DNA of 64,000 bases. Origin: an uncultured Bacteroidota bacterium. GTDB lineage: Bacteria > Bacteroidota > Bacteroidia > Bacteroidales > GCA-2748055. The stretch covers positions 59,951 through 123,950 of the forward strand of contig CAVQUO010000018.1 in NCBI GenBank assembly GCA_963716765.1, read 5' to 3'. Shown here in pieces: positions 47,689-58,840 of this stretch (the stretch's first letter is position 1; the number at the start of each line of letters is the position of its first letter). The position numbers and the translations under genes were made by a program. Below the pieces are notes generated by a model. It was given only the letters and a program-made list of their open reading frames with translations. It did no database searches and had not been told where the DNA came from.

Positions 47689-48165
47689 ATGACAGTCATC
47701 ATCATTCTAATTGTATTAGGAATCCTCTTATTTGTGATTGAATTTCTCCTGGTTCCCGGCGTTACCATTGCTGGGATAGGGGGCTTGATTCTCACTGTAT
47801 TCGGCGTCTTTAAAGCTTTCAGTGACTTTGGACCTGCGGTGGGTATATGGGTTTTGATCGGGACAGTTATCCTGAGTGTATTTGTTATTATCATGTCGCT
47901 TCGGGCCAGAACCTGGAGCCGCCTGATGCTGAAGACCAACATGGAGGGGAGTGTGGATAAAGATCTAACCGATGAGCAAATTAGGGTAGGGGATTTTGGT
48001 ACTACGCTTACACGTTTAGCACCCATGGGGAAGATCATGATCAATGATATGGTGAGGGAAGCCAAGTCCATTGAGGGATATATTGACGAGCATTCGGAGA
48101 TTGAAATTGTATCCATTGAGGGTACCAGGATATCTGTTAAGAGTCATAAAGTCGTAAAGTCGTAA
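47689..48165 (+). CDS. NfeD-like membrane protein
   Basis: IEFLLVPG..IAGIGG, TRLAPMGK; upstream of floA. Confidence 0.85.
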   Translation: MTVIIILIVLGILLFVIEFLLVPGVTIAGIGGLILTVFGVFKAFSDFGPAVGIWVLIGTVILSVFVIIMSLRARTWSRLMLKTNMEGSVDKDLTDEQIRVGDFGTTLTRLAPMGKIMINDMVREAKSIEGYIDEHSEIEIVSIEGTRISVKSHKVVKS

Positions 48166-48214
48166 AGTCAGTAAAGTCATAAAGTCGTAAAGTCGTAAAG
48201 TCGAAAGACTTAAA
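48141..48214 (+). repeat. 8-mer tandem repeat TAAAGTCG/A (about 8 copies) overlapping the nfeD stop
   Basis: gagtcataaagtcgtaaagtcgtaaagtcagtaaagtcataaagtcgtaaagtcgtaaagtcgaaagac. Confidence 0.9.
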
Positions 48215-48255
48215 GAGGAAAGAAATATATAATTACAAGATAAAAAAGATAAAAA

Positions 48256-49270
48256 ATGGAAATTATGGAATTTGACTTCTCCTGGATCATAATTGTAGTT
48301 GCCAGTATTATTGGCCTTTGGATCATTCTCTATTTTATCCCAATTGGATTGTGGTTTACTGCACTTCTCTCGGGGGTGAAAGTTTCCCTCTTACAGCTGA
48401 TCCTGATGCGCTGGAGGAAAGTTCCGCCAACGGTTATCGTCAGGTCGATGATCGAAGCTACCAAAGCTGGACTTGGCCCATATCAAGCGCGATGAACTGG
48501 AAGCGCATTACCTGGCCGGAGGTCATGTGGAGCAGGTGATCCATGCGCTGGTTTCGGCAAGTAAGGCGAACATTGATCTCACCTTCCAGATGGCAACGGC
48601 CATTGATCTTGCAGGGCGTGATGTGCTTGAAGCTGTAAAGATGTCAGTAAATCCCCAGGTGATCAATACGCCTCCTGTTACTGCAGTTGCCAAGGACGGG
48701 ATTCAGCTGATAGCCAAGGCAAGGGTCACCGTACGTGCCAATATCAAGCAACTGGTAGGTGGCGCCGGTGAAGAAACCGTACTGGCCAGGGTAGGTGAGG
48801 GCATCGTGTCCTCCATCGGTTCATCCAAGTCGCATAAGGAGGTTTTGGAGAATCCCGATTCAATATCCAGAATTGTTCTGGAGAAGGGACTGGATGCCGG
48901 TACAGCATTTGAGATACTTTCCATTGATGTGGCCGATATTGATATCGGTAAAAACATTGGTGCCGTTCTTCAGATGGACCAGGCTAATGCTGATAAAAAT
49001 ATTGCCCAGGCAAAAGCCGAAGAGCGCCGTGCTATGGCTGTTGCTACGGAGCAGGAAATGAAGGCCAAAGCACAGGAGGCTCGCGCCAAGGTGATCGAGG
49101 CAGAAGTGGAAATTCCGCTTGCCATGGCTGAAGCCTTCAGGGCAGGGAACCTTGGGATTATGGATTATTACAAATTCAAGAACATCGAGTCGGATACTTC
49201 CATGAGAGACTCTATTTCCAAGGGTACGCAAAAATCTTCCCGGATCAAGGGCACGGATGAGAAAAAATAG
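48256..49270 (+). CDS. floA: Flotillin-like protein FloA (YqfA/UPF0365; one frameshift)
   Basis: [51 protein letters not shown]. Confidence 0.93.
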
Positions 49271-49276
49271 GGTTTA

Positions 49277-49938
49277 CTAACGCTTGTGGTAACCACCTTT
49301 GGGAAATCCTCCCTTAACACCCCTGGATGCCGGATCTGATTCGGACGGATCAGGAGAAATCCATTGTCTGAGATCATCGATGGAAATCTTATTGAGCGGC
49401 GGGGCATCTGTTAGCAGAAATCCACCTGTGAGATATGCGAAGGGGTAGTCGTCTTTAAAAGCGTAAAGATGATCTTCCAGATGGTCGGTAAGTTCGCTGC
49501 TATCCATCCGCGACATCTTCAGGTAAATTGTTTCCTCTTTCATGGTTGGTATCAGGGCATAGGTGACAAGAAAGTCCTCCCCCTGGCTTAGCCATTTTGT
49601 ATTGCTGTTTGGAGTGAATTCCAACTGAATCACAATAGAATTTCTCTCATCTCCATCCATGTTCAGGTATTGGGATATTTCAGGAATCGAAAAAGTAAGC
49701 CATCCATCTTCATCTGTAGATGTGGAGGCCGAATGGTTCCATAACTCACTCTTCCCCGGTTCGGATGAGATGAGTTTGACCGCGAAATTAAAGTTTTCAC
49801 TGATGAGTGCTTCTCCGGAGGCGCTCTTTGAGTAAACCCTGGAAATTTAATTCAATTGCTGCCTGACCGAAGCCTGTCAGCAGAAAAGCAAATAGTCCAA
49901 AAAAAACCAGGGCAATTTTCTTTCTTATGAGGTTTCAT
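49277..49938 (-). CDS. Hypothetical exported protein (frameshifted)
   Basis: Signal-peptide-like start MKPHKKRKLPWFFFGLFAF at 49938 joined to the 127-aa ORF. Confidence 0.5.
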
Positions 49939-50069
49939 TACAATATGGATTTTAAACAAATTTAAGAATATCCTGATATTGATTTATACGGAAGATTCAT
50001 TTCTAAGGTTATTAACAAATTGTTAATAACCATTGTGAATGATTTGTGAATAGAGAACAGAGAGATCTG

Positions 50070-50101
50070 CTTGACTTGAATGACCTGAAGGTCTATTTTT
50101 G
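50070..50101 (+). promoter_or_regulatory. Bacteroidota housekeeping promoter for the putative ncRNA
   Basis: CTTG (50070-50073), 20-nt spacer, TATTTTTG (50094-50101) matching TTTG-N19-21-TAnnTTTG. Confidence 0.65.
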
Positions 50102-50105
50102 GTTA

Positions 50106-50628
50106 TACCGAGTAAGAGATAATAGGCCGCTCGAAGTTTCGCCCGGTGTAGTGAGCCAGTCCGATAGGATGCTGGGGAGCGAACCGGCCGGCAAAGGGAT
50201 TCCCTCCACTGCCGGAGATTCATCCAGAGCCAGGCACAAGACATGAAGCTACGCTTCAGGGTCAGTTTAGCCGGAAAGATTTCTACTAGGAAGTTCTTTA
50301 AAAGGTTGATCCTAAAGGCTGAAGAGCCAAAAAGAATCCCCTGGGGTTCCACTAAGCTTTTTCACTCTGGCACGGGTAGGTCGTACGAACTGACCGTTGC
50401 AGGGGCCTTAAGGAGCCGGTCCCGGAAATCCAGCTTTTTCGGCTGGGTGAAAGGACGGTTGCAAGTCGTTGCTCTACGGAACAAAGGCCGAGAACCAGGG
50501 TTTACGGGAAAGTAATCCTCAGGATTATTTCAAGCGGACCGGCCATAATAACTGTAGCTCGGCACTGATTGATGTCTACGGGTATCAATCAGTGAAAAGG
50601 GAGTAAACCAAAAGTTTACTCCCTTTTT
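50106..50628 (+). ncRNA. Putative large structured non-coding RNA (~520 nt), family not recognised
   Basis: Own promoter and terminator, nested 5'/3' long-range pairings, many local hairpins, no credible protein ORF. Confidence 0.65.
50595..50628. terminator. Bidirectional intrinsic terminator
   Basis: AAAAGGGAGTAAAC-caaaa-GTTTACTCCCTTTTT. Confidence 0.9.
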
Positions 50629-50664
50629 GTATTTTGCCCGGCATGGGCAATAACTCTGTGCAGC

Positions 50665-52023
50665 CTAGGATTTATATTTAGGACTCAGGAAGGGATTGAT
50701 TACAAGCCCAAGAACGATACCTGCAATGCAGAAGGCAAATGCATAGAGCACCAGGTCTTCCGAGATGCCAATAAAAATGGCCGGGACAATGACCCCCACC
50801 ATGCAAAACAGGATGGAAAGAATCACGCTTAATCGGTTGATCCTTGGGTAGATCCATATTACCAGAACGAGGAGTCCCAGCGACATGGTGAGGGATACAA
50901 AGAAGAAGGTAGCATCCACGATATCGCGCAAGATAAGGGACAGAGCGATGCCAAGAATCATCAAAACCAGCATGCTCCACCTCATGGTTTTTCTAAGATT
51001 TTCCTGCTTGGTAAATCCGGCTTGCTCAAGGAAGTCCTGGGTGACTGACGCGGAAGCAGTGAACATATAGGTATCGGCCGATGAGGATACCGAAGAATAG
51101 ATAATGACCACCGACAAGCCGGCCAGTCCCACGGGTAGCAATTTGCTGAAACCAACGATCAGGGATGTGTCGGGGGCGATATCGGGAATATCGGCACGAA
51201 TGACCAATCCGATGAGGAGGAGAATAAAACCCACGATGATGTAAAAAACAGACGACATGATAATGCTTCGCCTGAAATTCTTTTTATCCTTAATGGCATA
51301 TACCCTTTGCCACAATTCGGGCGAGGCCATTGGGATGAAGAATCCGGCCAGGAAGAAACTGATAATCTGCATGGTGGGTATGTTGAACAGGTCCATGAAA
51401 ACCACTTCAGGTTTGGTGGCTGTTGTGGAGAGCAGGTACATCATCAATACAAATAAGAGGAAGATCCCGAAGGTTTGAACAATATCTGTTTTAACCACGG
51501 CATCGAAACCGCCTGCGACCAGGTAGGCGAGGATAATGACCCCGACAATGATCACCGAAAGGTCATAGCTAATGGGTGTATACTCCGAAACCAGTTTAGC
51601 GCCAGCCGTGAAATTTAATACCACCCAACCGAACATAATAATAATGGTGATGACCGTGGCAAGGTAGCCGGCGTATTTTCCTTTAAAGAAGAAAAAGAAG
51701 TCGGGCATGGTATAAAATTTTTCCTTGTCGGCAATCTTCTTCACCTTCAGCCCGAAGAAATAAAAGACAAACAGTCCGAATACTGATCCCACGAAGTACC
51801 AAAGGGCTCCCATTCCGTACATGTATACCAGTGCGGTGTAGGTGAGCAGGATGGCAGCTCCAATCCGGCTTGAAAAAATGGTGGATGTAGCCTGCAGGGC
51901 AGTGAGTTTCCTTCCGGAAATCAGGAAGTCCTCCTTTTCCTGCTTTCTTCCGGTAAGTGCTCCAACTACAAGGATCACAAGAAAGTAGGCAGCAATAATC
52001 AGATAATCGGTCAGGATTAGCAT
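50665..52023 (-). CDS. Sodium:solute symporter (SSS) family protein
   Basis: About 13 TM segments, DFLISGR, GGFDAVVKTDIVQ, WQRVYA, SSADT. Confidence 0.9.
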   Translation of the reverse strand: MLILTDYLIIAAYFLVILVVGALTGRKQEKEDFLISGRKLTALQATSTIFSSRIGAAILLTYTALVYMYGMGALWYFVGSVFGLFVFYFFGLKVKKIADKEKFYTMPDFFFFFKGKYAGYLATVITIIIMFGWVVLNFTAGAKLVSEYTPISYDLSVIIVGVIILAYLVAGGFDAVVKTDIVQTFGIFLLFVLMMYLLSTTATKPEVVFMDLFNIPTMQIISFFLAGFFIPMASPELWQRVYAIKDKKNFRRSIIMSSVFYIIVGFILLLIGLVIRADIPDIAPDTSLIVGFSKLLPVGLAGLSVVIIYSSVSSSADTYMFTASASVTQDFLEQAGFTKQENLRKTMRWSMLVLMILGIALSLILRDIVDATFFFVSLTMSLGLLVLVIWIYPRINRLSVILSILFCMVGVIVPAIFIGISEDLVLYAFAFCIAGIVLGLVINPFLSPKYKS

Positions 52024-52389
52024 AGAGTTTAGTTTAGAACATAGATATGTAAATATATAAAAATATGCATAACATGATTTTTTGCTCCCTCAATTGGAGC
52101 GATTGGGATGAAGTGTTACTTGTCCCCTGTTTACGTGTTATTTACCCTTCACAGCGATTCATTTTGCCTGCGAATCATTCCTTCACTCAGGTCAACGCCA
52201 TGGATCAAGCCCGTGAACAACAGTTAGGAAAGGGTAAACGGAACAAAACTTAGATTTCAAGCAGTCGAAGGTTTTCAGATAGTTGTCATTGCTTGATATT
52301 ATTAGATAAACACTTTGCTTTCTGCTTTCTTCAGTTCAAAATTCTGTCAGTACGGTAGAAAAATCAAAAATTAATCTAAAACTAAGTCT

Positions 52390-55300
52390 ATGAAAAAAGT
52401 ATTATTCTTTCTGCTATTCATGGCGTTCGGTACCCTGACCATGTTCGGTCAGGCCCGCTTAGTATCCGGTGTTGTATCGAGCTCTGAAGACGGTACCCCT
52501 CTGCCGGGTGTTACGGTCGCTGTGAAGGGAACCACCGTTGGTACGATCACGGATGCCACCGGAAATTACCAGATAAATGTCCCCCAAGGGGCTGATATTC
52601 TCATCTTTAGTTTTGTCGGGCTTGCTACCCAGGAAGTTAAAATAGGCGACCTGAGCGAAGTGGCAATTACCATGGAATCAGACCTGCTGGAGATCGATGA
52701 GGTTGTGGTCACGGCCATGGGGATCCGAAAGGAGAAAAAGGCACTTGGTTATTCGGTCCAGGAGATCGATGAGAGTCAGATCTCGGGCGCCAAAAACATG
52801 GATGTTTCCAAATCCCTGCAGGGAAAGATTGCCGGGGTGAATGTGAAACAATCCAGTGGTATGCCGGGAGCAACTTCCCATGTAACCATTCGCGGCAATG
52901 TATCCCTGACTGGTGACAACCAGCCTCTGTATGTGGTGGATGGGATGCCCATTGCCTCTGACAAAGCCTTTACGGAAAATGTGGGAGAAGGAACCAACCC
53001 ATCATCCAGGATTGTGGATCTGAATCCAGAGGATATTGAATCCATTACAGTCCTCAAAGGAGCCACAGCCGGTGCAATTTATGGTTTACGAGCTTCCAAT
53101 GGTGTCATCCTGATCACCACAAAAAGTGGTTCTGCGGCCCGGACTGCAGGCAAGAAAACACTGGTTACCCTGAACAGTAGTTTCTCTTCAGACAGGATCA
53201 GCCGCCTTCCGGAACTTACAATCCACCTATGCACAGGGAAATGGAGGAGAGTTGAACCTGTGGTCGTCCGGTTCCTGGGGTCCGCGTATTGATACCCTGC
53301 AAAATTATCAGAGCCAGGAGGACAACCTCTACTTTGATAATCCTTACGAGACCTCCGACGGAGGTCCGCCACCGCAGGTTCCTGCTGTATATGACAACCA
53401 GGAGGACTTTTTCCAGAAGGGTTACACTTTTACCAACTCGGTTGATATTTCATCTGCAACTGATAATGCCCGTTATAGTCTTGGTATCGGCCGGACCGAC
53501 CAGAAGGGTATTATTGAGACCACGGGTATGGTGAGGAACAATGCAAAGTTTAACGGCTTCTTCGACCTGAGTGACAAATGGACCGCCTCGGTTTCAGCCA
53601 ATGTTTCCAATGTGGATATTGATAAAATCCCCGGAGGAAGTAACCTGGCAAATCCCTTGTTTACGGTTTACTTTGCGCCCCGGTCATACGATCTCACCAA
53701 TAAACCCTTTGAACGGGAAGAGAATCCCTATCAGCAGTATCACTATCGCTTTGCCATGGATAATCCCTACTGGGCATTAAAAAACAATTCCTATAATGAA
53801 TTCACCAACAGGTTCTTTGGGAATACGGCGATCGGCTACCAGCCTTTTGAATGGATGCGTATTAATTACAGGATCGGACTGGACAGGTTTGTAACCACCG
53901 GTCATGAGGTAATCTCCCTGGGTTCTGGCGGACAGGGCAGGGGATATCCCGAGTTTGGGGATGAACCGGCAGGTGGACAGATCGATGACTATACCTACCA
54001 GCGCCAGGAAATTAACTCAAACCTTTCCATAAGTTTCACCAAAGATTTTGGGGATTTCGGACTGGATGTGATTCTGGGTAATGAGTTCTATGATATTACC
54101 ACCCAAACCCAGCAAATGACAGGCACCAATATTACCATCGGAGGCTTTGACCATATTTCAAATACAGGTGCCCAGAATGTATTCCAGGAGCTAACCCGCC
54201 AGCGTGTGGTTGGTTTTTATGGAAGTGCAACAGCTGATTATGCTTCCATGATCTTCCTGACCGTAACCGGACGAAATGATGTTGTATCCAATATGCCTTC
54301 GGGGAACAGATCCTATTTTTACCCCTCTGTTTCAGCCGGCTTTGTATTTACTGAGATTGGTGGTCTGAAGGACCAGAAGGTACTTCCTTATGGAAAAATC
54401 CGGGCCTCCTATTCCCAGATGGGACAGGCAGGCGCGCTTTATGCTACCAGAACCCTGTATTCTGCAAGGGTTGACAATGAAGCACTTGGGAATGGATTCC
54501 TGGACAATGATTTTAACTTCCCCTACCAGGGATATCCTGCATTTACCCTGCAGCAGACCCTGCTTTCAGATCAGTTGAGGCCACAGAACATTACCACCTA
54601 TGAGGTGGGCTTAGACCTTGCGTTTTTACGAGAACAGGGTGGGAATTGATTATTCCTACTATTATGTAAATGCAACGGACCAGATTTTTAACGTTCCGCT
54701 GGCAGCCTCTTCAGGTTTCCGGGGAGAGTACGCAATGCCGGGGAGCTGGAATCCAAGGGTCATGAGATAGTGCTTTCAATTGTTCCGGTAAGAACCAGTG
54801 GAGGATTTGAGTGGGAAATTCTGACCAATTTTTCGAAGAACAAGAATATGGTTCTATCACTGGCACCTGGAGTGGAACGGGTTCAGACCGGCTGGCAGAA
54901 TTTCACCAGTGTGGGAGCCTATGCCTATGCAGGACATCCATATCCCGGTGATCTTTGGAAGCGGATATGTGAGGGATGCTGATGACCGGATTGTTGTGGA
55001 TTCAAGGGCCGACAGTTAATGGTGAACCTAATCCTTTCTACGGCATGCCACTGCAGGGTGGTGATGAAAAAATTCTGGGGAAGGTTAATCCGGATTGGGA
55101 TGCCAGTTTTACCAATTACTTCCGTTATAAAGGATTTACCTTTATGGCACAGCTTTATTACTCCAAAGGAGGATTTATCTCCAGCGGATTAACCGGATTA
55201 CTCAGGAACTATGGCGCTGCCAAGGAATGTGAGGACAGGGAAACTCCCGTTGTGTTTCCTAATACTGCCAAAGGCTACCTGGATTCAAATACCGGGGAAC

Positions 55301-55640
55301 TGGTTCTGGAAGGAGATAATGATATTGAGATGCTGAAGGGGGAGGACTATTACAGTACCGTCCTCTGGGGTATTGAAGAATCCAAGATTTTCGACAAGAT
55401 CGCTGCTCAGGTTCAAGGAGCTGTTAATCAGCTGGGATATGCCTCAACGCTGGTTTGCCAATACTTTTATCAGTGGGTATCTCTGTATTTGCCAATGGAA
55501 GGAACCTGGCCCTCTGGACCGACTATCCCAACTTCGATCCGGAATCCAGTACGGCTGAAGGGAACGGGATTGGTGCATTTGAATATGTCTCCTTACCCAA
55601 TACCCGCTCCTTTGGAGGTGGACTTAAATTAACCTTTTAA
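52390..55640 (+). CDS. susC: SusC/RagA family TonB-dependent transporter (frameshifted)
   Basis: LPGVTV, EVVVTAMG, QPLYVVDG, DIESITVLKG..A.AIYG.RASNGVILITTK, terminal LTF. Confidence 0.95.
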
Positions 55641-55650
55641 ATAAGATAAG

Positions 55651-57084
55651 ATGAAAAAATATATTTCAATATTCAGTGTACTCCTGCTCTTGCTGTTCGC
55701 CTTTTCGTGCAGCGATGAGATCATGGATGAGATCGATACCGATCCGAACAACCCCACGGACGTGCCCATAAGCATGTTGATGTCGGGTAGTACTGCCGCC
55801 ACTCCTTACTGGGTTACGGGTACGGATATAGCATGGTATAGCTCTGTATTTGTTGAACAAACCTGCGGGGCTCATGGCCAGATGAGGGATGCCGACCGGC
55901 GTGCCAATATCAATTCCCAGTTAGGGGAGAACGCCTGGGCCTTCTATATTTACCCGAGTCTTCTTCCGGACCTTAAAATCATTATTGAAAAGGGATCTGA
56001 AGGTGGAAGTGAAGAGGGGAAATGGATTGATGTGGGAATTGCCAAAATCCTTCAGGCCTATACCTATCATGGTGTCTGACGGATACATGGGGCCGGGTTC
56101 CTTATTACCGAGGCCACATTGGGGGCTGAGCAAAGAAAACCGGCCTTTGACACCCAGGAGTCGATTTACGCCTCCCTCCAGCAGCTACTGGATGATGCCA
56201 TATGCTGACCTTCAAAAGGATAATATTAGTACCACCGGAGGTGAGGACTATATCTATGGTGGCGATCCTGATGCATGGATCATGGCTGCCTATTCGCTGA
56301 AGGCCAGGGCGGCCAACCGGCTAAGTAAAATTGATGCCACAGGTTCAGCTGCAGATGCCCTTGCAGCAGCTGCCCGGGGATTTGCTTCCATGGATGATGA
56401 TTTCACCTTTGATAACTGGTCTGATGACCTGGGACATGAGAATACCTGGTACCAGGAGGAGAATGAAAGGGCTCATCACTCTGTGAGTATGACATTCTAT
56501 GATATTCTAGATGGACTGAATGATCCGACGAATTCCGCTTTTCATCACCCAGGTAAACGGCGAGTATGTGCCAGGTCAGAACGGAACCTCCGAGGAAGAC
56601 CAGGCAGGAACCATCTATTCAAAGATATCTGACAATGTGCTTAATGCCACAGCACCGCTGCCCATCATGACCTACGCCGAGTTGAAGTTTATCGAAGCCG
56701 AATGTCATCTGAGGAAAGTCAGGGCCCGATGCATCAGCTGCACTGGCTGCCTATACTGAAGGACTTGATGCAGCATTGGAACAGGCCGGGGTTGAGGAGG
56801 CTGATGCAGCTGCCTATAAGGCGCAGCCTGAAGTGCTTCCTGCGGATGCTTCTGGTTTGACCATGGATATGATCTATACCCAGAAGTATATACACTTGTG
56901 GCCATATGGATCTGTTGAGGCTTTTGCCGAGTGGAGACGTACCGGTTATCCAAGCCTTACCAATCCTTTCGAGGCGCCAAGAAGGTTCCCCTACCCCCAG
57001 AATGAAATCAGTGGAAATGCTGAAAATGTTCCGGATGTAACCGCATACAATGGTGTGTGGTGGGATGATGGAACGGAAGACTAA
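55651..57084 (+). CDS. susD: SusD/RagB family lipoprotein (frameshifted)
   Basis: Lipobox AFSC, DPNNP, YAELKFIEAE, EWRRTGYP, RRFPYP, VWWD. Confidence 0.92.
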
Positions 57085-57123
57085 TTAGTCTGTAAAGTCT
57101 GTAAAGTCTATAAAGTTAAAAGT
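57085..57123 (+). repeat. 9-mer AGTCTGTAA tract after the susD stop
   Basis: ttagtctgtaaagtctgtaaagtctataaagttaaaagt. Confidence 0.8.
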
Positions 57124-57160
57124 AAAAAAAATGGCACCTCCTTGCGGGGCGCCATTTTTT
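57124..57160. terminator. Bidirectional terminator
   Basis: AAAAAAATGGCACC...GGCGCCATTTTTT. Confidence 0.85.
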
Positions 57161-57226
57161 GTTAATGGTTAATGGGTTATTGGTTAGTGGGTTAGTGGTT
57201 AGTGGTTAGTGGTTAGTGGTTAAGGG
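57161..57226 (-). repeat. Heptamer tandem repeat CTAACCA (plus strand TGGTTAG), about 9 copies
   Basis: Begins at the stop of the minus-strand MBL gene. Confidence 0.9.
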
Positions 57227-57838
57227 TCAGTTTATGGTGATGATCTTACCGGTGCTGCCGGAGGTATAAGCCTGGCCAAAAGATTTTGCCACAACCCGTA
57301 ATCAGGATACCTCCTTTTTCTGTTTTTACAATAAGGCCCTGCTCATGAAAAGCTTCAAAATTATCTCCCGTTGAAAAGAAAGGACCATAGAGGTGGACAG
57401 GCTCTGCTATGCTTTTGCTATTAGGTGGAAGGGAGCCCCTGGCCTTGAGTTGGGCCGCATAGCCTGATGGGAGGTAGCAGTTTACCGATGGGTTTGTTTC
57501 AGTGATCCATGGAATACCTGCGGTATGATCCCCATGCTCATGGGAAATAAGAGGGTGGGTATTTCTTCTGGTCTGATCCCGAGTATGCCCATATTCTTCT
57601 TATACAGCCCGGCTTCCCTTCCTGCATCGAAAAGGAGCCTCTGTCCCATATACTCCACCAGGCAGGCAAAGCCCCAATCGGGTTTTAACCGATCGTCGAC
57701 CTGGTAGTTGTCATAGATAATGCTTACAGAAACAGCATTGTCGGGAGAAGCCAGCCCACTGGAGGCTGGTTCCCCTGCGGAAAGTGCTGACAGTTAGAGC
57801 AGGAAGCCCAATCCGGTCAGCCAGGTAAACCTGTACAT
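57227..57838 (-). pseudogene. MBL-fold metallo-hydrolase with an apparent internal deletion (absent from ORF track)
   Basis: Manual translation: IIYDN, WGFACLVE, LLFDAG, SHEHGDHTAG, HEQGL, LITGCG, then an out-of-frame jump to the C-terminal FGQAYTSGSTGKIITIN. Confidence 0.75.
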
Positions 57839-57839
57839 T

Positions 57840-58558
57840 TTATAACTCTTGTTTGTAGTGTAGTGCGCTGAATACCTGATTCTTATAGTTGCGGCCAATT
57901 CTTAGTTTGGCATTTTCCAGTTCGATGGTAGTGGCATTGAATGCCCTGATTCTGGGTATGGAGACAATGTAGGATTTATGAATCCTGATGAATTTTTCCG
58001 GGGAGAGCTTGCTTTCAATGCTTTGCAGACTGCTTTTGACAACGACCCTTCTGTTATCTGTGTGGATGCGGATGTACTCGTTCATCCCCTCAATGAAATG
58101 GATCTCTTTCAAATAAATTTTGATGACCTTTTTATTCTCCTTCACGTAGATAAAAGGTTCTTCGGATGTGCCATTTCCTCCTTCCACCTCGACCGTATCG
58201 GAATTACCCGATTGGAAATATTTGTTTATTGATTTGAAAAATCTCTCGAAAGTAACCGGTTTCATTAGATAATCCACCACGTCAAGTTCAAATCCCTCGA
58301 GGGCATATTGACTGAAAGCGGTTGTGATGATTACCTTGGGGGGGCGCTTGAGGGTCTTAAGGAAGTCAATGCCCGTCATCTGGGGCATTTTTATATCCAG
58401 GAACATAAGATCGACGGTGTGGTTGCGGAGGGATCCATGGCTTTCATAGCGTTATCGCACTCATCAACAATTTCGAAATTCTCAAGTTTCAGGATATGTC
58501 CCCGAATCAGCTCTCTGGCGAGCGGTTCATCATCGACTATCAGGCATCTTGTTTTCAT
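57840..58558 (-). CDS. LytTR family response regulator (one frameshift)
   Basis: CLIVDDEPLAR, FLDIKMP, TTAFSQYA, KPV, FIRIHKSYIV. Confidence 0.95.
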
Positions 58559-58840
58559 GCGAAATCTTATTTTCACCGGATAGGGGAGGTTGAGCTCCAG
58601 TACACCGGTTTAGGGTTCATAAAATCAAATACACGAAAACAAATCTTACCAAATCTTTATGAACATAGTAAATTTACCAGCTTTTCTTAAATCAAATCAG
58701 TAAAATGCAAATAAAAAGATGTCAACGACAAAAATAAGTCAGTGAAAACGCTTTACCGGCCTATTCTCTCATTCTGCCATTCGCTTTTGGTGAGTGATTG
58801 ATAAGAAGTGGCTTTAAATGCATCTGGTTAATTTTAGTTC

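Noticed and set aside
50140-50260. Cobalamin riboswitch, RNase P, tmRNA or self-splicing intron identity for the RNA candidate
   Set aside because: Only fragments (CCACTG, GAGCCAG) resemble a B12 box and no gene follows on that strand; no GAGGAAAGTCC, tRNA-like ends or intron domain V seen
50023-50515. ORFs 50023-50352, 50046-50246 and 50243-50515 as proteins
   Set aside because: No recognisable motifs, mutual overlap, and two of them cross the predicted promoter; RNA structure explains the region better
52024-52389. Riboswitch or small ORF between the SSS transporter and susC
   Set aside because: No TPP, B12, SAM or FMN consensus visible; the 62-aa ORF has no features; looks like a divergent promoter region
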